NCBI GenBank assembly: GCA_002269645.1
Contig: NIVC01003580.1
Coordinates: 25,983 to 89,982, forward strand
Length of the DNA stretch: 64,000 nt
Source: Macrostomum lignano
Taxonomy: Eukaryota
Direction: 5' to 3'
Both the position numbers and the translations under genes were made by a program. Below, in pieces: positions 58,801-64,000 of the stretch. Positions within the stretch are counted from its first letter, which is position 1, and every line of letters begins with the position of its first letter. Under the pieces are notes generated by a model. That model ran no database searches and was not told where the DNA came from. It was given only the letters and a program-made list of their open reading frames with translations.

Positions 58801-61800
58801 CATAAAAAGTACAGAGTCAGTAGCAGAGGCTCACCGCATTGCAGGTGTCAATCTTTGTCCCGCTATTCAGGTGGTCCAACACCTTGGCCAAATTGCCAGC
58901 CCTGGCCACGCGCAGGAAATTCTGGTTCGGGTCGACCTGCGCAGGTAAGGTATGAGGGCAACAATCAGCTTGCTTGCAAAAGAAATCAAACAGATACACA
59001 TAGCGACACGATTCCTGATTTTCTGATGCAGTCGAAATGCAACGAAGACCTTTATAAATATATCAATGCTGCTACAGAGAAAAGTACATTTTCAGTTAAC
59101 CTTACTTTCACACCGTGTCCAGATCCCATCGCTGGGGCTAAAATTTTATTAGCAGAATCGAAAGGCGTAAAAAAGCGAAGCAATTTCGCGTCTCCAGGAG
59201 AAATTGCGAAATCGGGATTCCGCGCAGTGATCGAAAATGAAGTTTTGCAACTTCCCACCAGATAAGAGAGAGAGACAGAGACAGAGTCGAAACTAAAGCG
59301 CTATTCACAGGTATTTTGAGACATTTGTCAAGGTGAGAGAGGCGAAAGGTTGTTCTCTCTGTCCCTCTGTCTCTCTGGATCTCTCTCTCGGCTCTTCTGG
59401 GAATTACACTATTAAACCCAAAACGATTTCGTTAAGGTTAATAGCCAGGAAAATGCCAAGAAGGCCATAGATCCCTTTCCCGCCAAACATCCCAGTGCCG
59501 TCCTTCCCTGACCCCGTCCGTCCTCCATCCCCAGCCTCTCTCCCCCAATTTCTCCCCCCTAAAAGCTTCGATTTTTTATCGCGCAAGCAACCCACTGTGC
59601 ACCATTCGTCTGAGCTATGCTTTCATTCTACTTTGAGTAGACGCTAAGAAATATTCGCAGAGAAATTTACGCAGCAAACCAAACCAAATTCAGTTAAGAT
59701 GCTTAGTTTCTTTGCAAAATGTTTTTGAACGAGAACAACTAACAGAACTGATAGGATTCACGTGCACGGTAATTATCTATTAGATAAATATCACTACATT
59801 ATAATAATCAGCCGATAGAAAATTTTACCCAGGGCATCGGGTGTGGGCATAAAACCAAGGGCTAAAAGAACTATTGAGCTAGTGAAGTTTTATAAACAGA
59901 ACCAAACGCAACCAATTAAAGGCTTTGATTTGGCAAGAGAGGGATGAAGGGTTGAGAGCAGCAAACAAGGCCCAATTTCAAGACTTTTCCTTGTGTTTAT
60001 GCTCTGAAAATTGAGTAGGTCGCGCACAAACAAATTGCCTAATACGGATGTTGAGTCCGTTCGCTCAAACGTCAAAAGGGCGGCGATTAATTCTCTCTCT
60101 TCTGCCTCCTAAGGTTTTCAACAGCTCCGCGGGGAAACAAGCTTACGGCTTTCGCGTCCCTGCCAGTCTCGTCCTGGACCATGGCGCGGATACGGTTAGG
60201 GCTCGGGCAGGTCTTTAGTTGTTGGTGCTTTCAACTGACGGTATCGAATGGAATCTATGCGGCGCTGAGACAAGTGGCACCTTGACTGAGGCTAGCTGTC
60301 TCTGCTATATTATTGAACTCTTCCTGTTCCGAGTGTGCGCCGTCTTTTCTAAGCGTTGACGGCCTTCTCTTGTGAGTAAAACGGGAGTTAGGAGGGCTGT
60401 TGGTTGGCTTCGGCAGAGCCGCTGCTGCGCGAGGGGACTGGGATGGTGGGGATGACCGAAATGCGGTGAGGGGTTGGGTGGGTGGGGGGGGGACACGGAG
60501 AAGGAAAGACAGTCCGCCCTGTGCGCAGATCCGCGTCTCTCTTCTATTCCTAGTTTTCCCAAGCTGGGGGATCGGCGATGATCTTCCCTCCCTCGGGGGG
60601 GGGGGGTAGGCAGGGACGGGAAGAGAGAGAGTGGGGATGAGGGGACGCGCGGGACTTGGTCAGGACAAGGGGATGCGGGAATGAGGATTATCTGGTATGG
60701 GGGGAGTCGCCCTTTCCTATCCCGCACCGCCCGATCTAAAAAGAGAGAAGAGGGAGAAGAGGGTTGGGGCTGTTCTCTCAGCAGCCCAGCCTGCAGTCAG
60801 GAGCGGCCAGGCAAGGGCTGCGGAATGAGACGAAAAAATTGCCTAAAAATACTCCCCACTCCCAGCTTCCCTGCCCCAGCGATGAAGCTGAGGGATGCTG
60901 AAGTATATGGGAGAATCGGCCATGCAGCTTAGACCCGCCCCTGAGCGCCCCCCTTTGATTTGACTTGATATGGAGGGCGCACAGGGGGGTCTCGATTCTG
61001 CCCGCCATGGAGGCTAGGGCAATGATTGAACAGAATTCTCCCAAATGATATTTATCCCTAAGTAAGCCAGCGCAGCAACTCTGTGCTGCAATACAGTCTA
61101 AATAATAGTTCCCTAAGCAGAATACTCAGCATCCCGAGCTGCATCACCTGTGCATCAACAGTTGGTCAGTGGGGACCAAGGAGATTTTAGTTCACTACGA
61201 CCCATATAAGTTATAAATCTCTGCATATAAATACTTTTACTTCCATTTTTTCTTGGTGTCTTCTTTCTATGCTTGAAGCGTACGTGGCAGCCCATAAGGA
61301 ATGCAGCACAATGTGCAGCCTCACCTACATCCCATTCAAGAAGGATGGAACTCGGTGGTGGCTGAAGGCACTTCGTCACCGAGGGGTGGGTGCGTGGTGG
61401 GGGGGGGGTTACCGCAGGGAGACCCGAGTGCGTGCGTCATGCTGATAGCCAGATAAGTCAATGTTTGAAAGTCCGCTGGGAGCAGAGGATGAGGGAGAGA
61501 GGCTGTTTGTACGGCGCATTCCAAAGTGGCGCATTTTTCACCGCTTAAGGCTGTGCTGCCCTGGTTTCTTGAACTGTGCGAAAGACTTGGGTGTAGGGCT
61601 GGGGTATAGTGTAGCACCACTGATGTGTAAGTGTGTTGAGATTAGAGATTTAGATTCGGGGATGAGAAGTGAGATTCAGGTGTGATAATGCTGTGAGCAT
61701 ACAGATTCAGGTGTGAAAATGGTGCAGCATAGAGATTCCGGTGTGAGAATGGTGTAGCATAGAGATTCCGGTATGAGAATGGTGTAGCATAGAGATTCAG

Positions 61801-62253
61801 GTGTGAGAATGTGTGAACATAGAGATTCAGGCGTGATAATGCTGTGAGCATAGAGATTCAGGTGTGATAATGCTGTGAGCATAGAGATTCAGGTGTGAGA
61901 ATGGTGTAGCATAGAGATTCCGGTGTGAGAATGGTGTAGCATAGAGATTCAGGTGTGATAATGCTGTGAGCATAGAGATTCAGGTGTGATAATGCTGTGA
62001 GCATAGAGATTCAGGTGTGAGAATGGTGTAGCATAGAGATTCCGGTGTGAGAATGCTGTGAGCACAGAGATTCCGGTGTGAGAAATTTCAGTTCTAACTA
62101 GAAAAATGACTTTGCTGCAACTGTCTGTCATGTACTGTTTGGTTCAGCGAACCGATGTCACTTTGATATATGTAACATATCGGCAGTAGCCATGGTTCTT
62201 AAGCCTTCGGCACTGGCACAACTCCATACGGATCTTACCGCTGCAGAAGACAT
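23787..62253 (-). CDS. ANK: Giant ankyrin (ANK2/UNC-44-like), whole coding span; manual 19-exon chain gives ~5,980 aa
   Basis: Canonical ANK repeat block, ZU5-ZU5-UPA, then acidic low-complexity giant exons. The chosen exons total 17,949 nt, and every junction has GT-AG with compatible phase. Confidence 0.85.
27080..27740 (-). repeat. Coding 45-bp (15-aa) tandem repeat [19 protein letters not shown]
   Basis: About 14 copies inside giant exon 2. Confidence 0.95.
30905..37348 (-). CDS. ANK: Ankyrin giant exon 1 (6,444 bp, phase 1/1) with a frameshifted patch at ~33830-34860
   Basis: Acceptor CTTTCCTTAG|TT, donor GAAG|GTCAGA. ORFs 34746..37376 and 30870..33866 share a frame, and the length is divisible by 3. 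Confidence 0.72.
32640..36910 (-). repeat. Coding 60/75-bp (20/25-aa) tandem array VTTE(TTEEQ)[16 protein letters not shown]
   Basis: Roughly 60-70 units over about 4.3 kb. Confidence 0.95.
37617..38111 (-). CDS. ANK: Ankyrin exon with two EE..LPDG.VVR.R motifs (495 bp, phase 1/1; read-through gives stop at 37606)
   Basis: Acceptor CTTCCCCGCAG|[48 protein letters not shown]... Donor ATAG|GTACAA. Confidence 0.75.
39418..39555 (-). CDS. Possible optional ankyrin exon (138 bp, phase 1/1), not counted in the length estimate
   Basis: Good donor AAAG|GTGAGA and an open frame, but a weak acceptor (GGACATAG). Confidence 0.3.
39882..39917 (-). CDS. ANK: 36-nt ankyrin microexon (G)[11 protein letters not shown]
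   Basis: TTTATTCCACAG| and |GTGAGT, phase 1/1. Confidence 0.6.
40606..40767 (-). CDS. ANK: Ankyrin exon (162 bp, phase 1/1)
   Basis: CTTGTAG|[13 protein letters not shown]...[10 protein letters not shown]|GTAAGG. Confidence 0.65.
41677..41811 (-). CDS. ANK: Ankyrin exon (135 bp, phase 1/1)
   Basis: TTTGCAG|[15 protein letters not shown]...SDFPDE G|GTGAGT. Confidence 0.75.
41898..42477 (-). CDS. ANK: Ankyrin exon: UPA domain plus Pro-rich extension
   Basis: MDKTLE..EGF...A.SREVEVL...NL......[14 protein letters not shown]...CTLEVALP. Acceptor ACGCAG|ATG, donor G|GTGAGT. Confidence 0.9.
42579..43632 (-). CDS. ANK: Ankyrin exon: ZU5-ZU5 spectrin-binding region and start of UPA
   Basis: (G)[14 protein letters not shown]...[16 protein letters not shown]...[22 protein letters not shown]...[15 protein letters not shown]. 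Confidence 0.97.
43861..43896. repeat. (TG)18 microsatellite
   Basis: Direct reading. Confidence 0.95.
46827..46963 (-). CDS. ANK: Ankyrin linker exon ending PVVSG before ZU5
   Basis: TTGTGCAG|ESAVMEQ...[15 protein letters not shown]|GTGAGC. Phase 2 completes SG|FLVSF. Confidence 0.85.
47220..47287 (-). CDS. ANK: Ankyrin linker exon (68 bp)
   Basis: TTTGCAG|[24 protein letters not shown]|GTGAGT, phase 1/0. Confidence 0.7.
47877..48024 (-). CDS. ANK: Candidate ankyrin linker exon (148 bp)
   Basis: CAACAG|[19 protein letters not shown]...SSRP G|GTAAAG, phase 0/1. Confidence 0.5.
48344..48843 (-). CDS. ANK: Candidate acidic ankyrin linker exon (500 bp)
   Basis: Within ORF 48311..48907. Acceptor CCGCAG|AG is phase 1; donor CAG|GTGCTC is weak. 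Confidence 0.5.
49335..49520 (-). CDS. ANK: Candidate ankyrin linker exon (186 bp, phase 1/1)
   Basis: [29 protein letters not shown]...[11 protein letters not shown]|GTACTT. Acceptor uncertain. Confidence 0.55.
50504..50687 (-). CDS. ANK: Ankyrin exon: last ANK repeat and autoinhibitory linker start
   Basis: ATGCAG|[26 protein letters not shown]...[18 protein letters not shown]|GTGAGT, aligns by eye with vertebrate NGNTALAIA.RLGYISV...VPETM.E..D.SD.EG. Confidence 0.9.
50780..51365. repeat. ~28-bp intronic minisatellite
   Basis: Tandem AGGGAAGACAACCCACTGCTACAAGGAC variants. Confidence 0.92.
52098..52844 (-). CDS. ANK: Ankyrin ANK-repeat exon (249 codons)
   Basis: [13 protein letters not shown]..., [11 protein letters not shown]..., GYTPLHIAS..., [12 protein letters not shown]. 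Separated from the upstream exon by a 76-bp intron. Confidence 0.97.
52921..53766 (-). CDS. ANK: Ankyrin ANK-repeat exon (282 codons)
   Basis: [15 protein letters not shown]...[21 protein letters not shown]...[15 protein letters not shown]. Confidence 0.97.
54581..55156 (-). CDS. ANK: Ankyrin ANK-repeat exon (192 codons)
   Basis: [14 protein letters not shown]...[16 protein letters not shown]...[17 protein letters not shown]...[13 protein letters not shown], near-diagnostic of true ankyrins. Confidence 0.98.
55963..56275. repeat. 16-bp minisatellite with 48-bp higher-order period
   Basis: GTTACTCTCGAGTTGC-GTCACTCTCGAGTTGC-GTCACTCTCAATTTGT triplet repeated about 6 times. Confidence 0.92.
56393..56473 (-). 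CDS. Candidate alternative first coding exon [27 protein letters not shown]
   Basis: ATG at 56473. Consensus donor ACC|GTGAGT in phase 0, compatible with the 55156 acceptor. Confidence 0.45.
56655..56690 (-). promoter_or_regulatory. Adjacent GC box and CCAAT box about 190 bp upstream of the candidate alternative first exon
   Basis: Plus strand CTGATTGGCTGGGCGGAG = minus strand CTCCGCCCAGCCAATCAG, in a CpG-rich stretch. Confidence 0.35.
58150..58765. repeat. 24-bp intronic minisatellite
   Basis: Tandem CTCTAGTCACTCCTTATCACCCTG variants. Confidence 0.93.
58835..58936 (-). CDS. ANK: Ankyrin exon encoding ANK repeat 1 (102 bp)
   Basis: CTGCGCAG|[34 protein letters not shown]|GTGAGC, matching FLRAARAGN. 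Confidence 0.93.
61670..62080. repeat. 30/31-bp intronic minisatellite
   Basis: Tandem AGCATAGAGATTCAGGTGTGATAATGCTGTG / AGCATAGAGATTCCGGTGTGAGAATGGTGT. Confidence 0.92.
62239..62253 (-). CDS. ANK: Probable first coding segment of ankyrin (MSSAA) within an exon at about 62239-62325
   Basis: ATG TCT TCT GCA GCG|GTAAGA, phase 0 joining VDPNQ. Upstream acceptor CATCCCAG at about 62326. Confidence 0.6.
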
Positions 62254-62943
62254 TCTTCCAGGTCGTTCCGTGGCCAAGTCGGTCTTAGCTTTCCCCGCGT
62301 CGATTTTGTTGATGGGCTAAACTCGCTGGGATGGAATTTATGTGATAGATTGGTCCAGAAAGCGCCGAGAGGGAAGATAAGAGTCAGTGGGAGTGGGGTG
62401 GGTGGTGCGCCGGAGTTTTCGAAAGCCTCAGAGTCGGACTATTTGATTTAATTATCAGGAGGGACGATCAGGGTCTCAGTGGCTAGTTCTCGCCGATTCT
62501 GAGGAACCGTTCTCTCTCTCTCTCTCTCTCTCTCTGTTTATAGCCAGCTAAGCTCGACTCTCTCTATAAAAATGAATCGCAGGTGGGTCGAGGGAGCAAC
62601 AGGAAGAGAGAGGTGGCACCGAGCCCGACTCTGCAGGTCCGCGCAAGTGCGCAGTCAGTCTCTTGGTATTATATGCCACGAATTATACGAGAGCGGCCTG
62701 CGGTGAGGGAGGAACCCGCTCTCTTTCCCTCTCTCTCCCAGTCTGGCTCAGTGGAAGGAGGAACTGGGAGGGCAGTCAGACAGAATTAGGCTACGGGGGG
62801 GGGTCTATATAATACAGTAGGTACACTTCGCACCATCGAACGTACTACCGTTTGGTGGGGGGTATTACGCACGCGCACACACACGCACAAAACGCACAAG
62901 GCGCCGACCAACCAACCCAGGTCGTACGTCTATAGTGAAACTC

Positions 62944-62983
<40 letters not shown>

Positions 62984-63610
62984 CAATTCCCATTGACTCA
63001 GTCCACGGGAGAGAGTAAGTTGGGAGAGAGAGCCTATGACTCATGCAGTTCTTGGCTATTTTTGCCTCGTATATACGCTCGTAATGCCCGGTCTGCCTCC
63101 CTCCGGTGGGACCTTGACCGCTGTCTCCCGAATCTCCACATCGAGGGTTTGATGCCGCTGCCCCGCTGGCCACTTCTTATATCTAGAGAAATTTTGCTGG
63201 GGCGGCAGCTGCGGGCCTCAAGCTACGATATTGGGATCTTTCCCACAGGATCAATAACAAAGGAGAGGATTTGGGAGGGGGGTTGCTAAGGCCCTTTAAA
63301 CAACCTGTCTCCAGCATGTTGAAGATTTGAAGACAACAGGTTAAACAACTGCTCTTAGTGGGTGGTCATGTCAATGACCATTTGGAGTAGAGGCGGTCAT
63401 GCTAATGACCATTTGGAGTAGAGAGGCGGTCATGCCAATGACCAAGTTTAACACAAGCAATCCTTCACGTGTCTCGTCTTGACCAAAGAAGAAAAATTAC
63501 CCATTTTTTTACCCATTTGAGGTTGCAAACCTATGAAATTTTATGGTTGATTAATGCGCAGATTTTCAATGGAGAGGCAAGCTACAAGTCCTTCAGACTC
63601 TTATGAAAAA

Positions 63611-63700
63611 GTCTGCACAAACATGAAGTTTGGTTCCGAACTAAGAAAGACTTGAGTCTGCACAAACATGAAGTTTGGTTCCGAACTAAGAAAGACTTGA
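63611..63700. repeat. Perfect 45-bp direct duplication
   Basis: GTCTGCACAAACATGAAGTTTGGTTCCGAACTAAGAAAGACTTGA x2. Confidence 0.9.
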
Positions 63701-64000
63701 GAACACACGACGCTATTCGTGAACTTCGTTTATAATTAGAAGTCCGAGCTTCGTGAATCCAAGGACCCCTGTAGTATAACAGGGCGCAAAACTCAAAGAT
63801 CGTGTCGTTTTTGGAGGCCTATTTCAGGGGAAAAAATACACTGCAGAGATAGGGAGAAATCTTTTTTAGACAAACAAAACACAAATTTGCTCTAATGCCA
63901 CTTGTGAGTATTTACAACTTTGGCCTCATAAAATAAAAAGAAAATAAGATCTCCGCGGTGTATTCTTTCCAGCAAATCGGCCTCCAAAATTTCACGATCT

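Overview
Eukaryotic (animal) genomic DNA with spliceosomal GT-AG introns. It is not prokaryotic and contains no CRISPR, rRNA or tRNA that I can support. GC-rich large exons and minisatellite-filled introns suggest a free-living flatworm such as Macrostomum, but that is a guess. Three protein-coding genes lie head-to-tail on the minus strand. (1) A giant ankyrin spans about 62.3 kb to 23.8 kb, with ANK repeats, ZU5-ZU5-UPA, several phase-1 cassette exons and two giant exons of about 6.4 and 5.5 kb. My manual exon chain gives about 5,980 aa, and I found no death domain. (2) Importin alpha of the alpha-3 (KPNA3/4) clade has 3 exons and 553 aa. (3) A MORC-family GHKL ATPase shows its first 3 exons and runs off the left edge. 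The ankyrin-importin spacer holds a truncated mariner with 198-bp inverted repeats, a Tc1/IS630-like relic with nested foldbacks, and other repeats. The most unusual observations are the architecture of the giant ankyrin (Cys-bearing 20/25-aa array, modular phase-1 tail, apparent loss of the death domain, candidate internal promoter) and unrelated minisatellites that repeatedly begin about 10-160 bp downstream of splice donors. All exon boundaries were read by eye and need RNA-seq confirmation.
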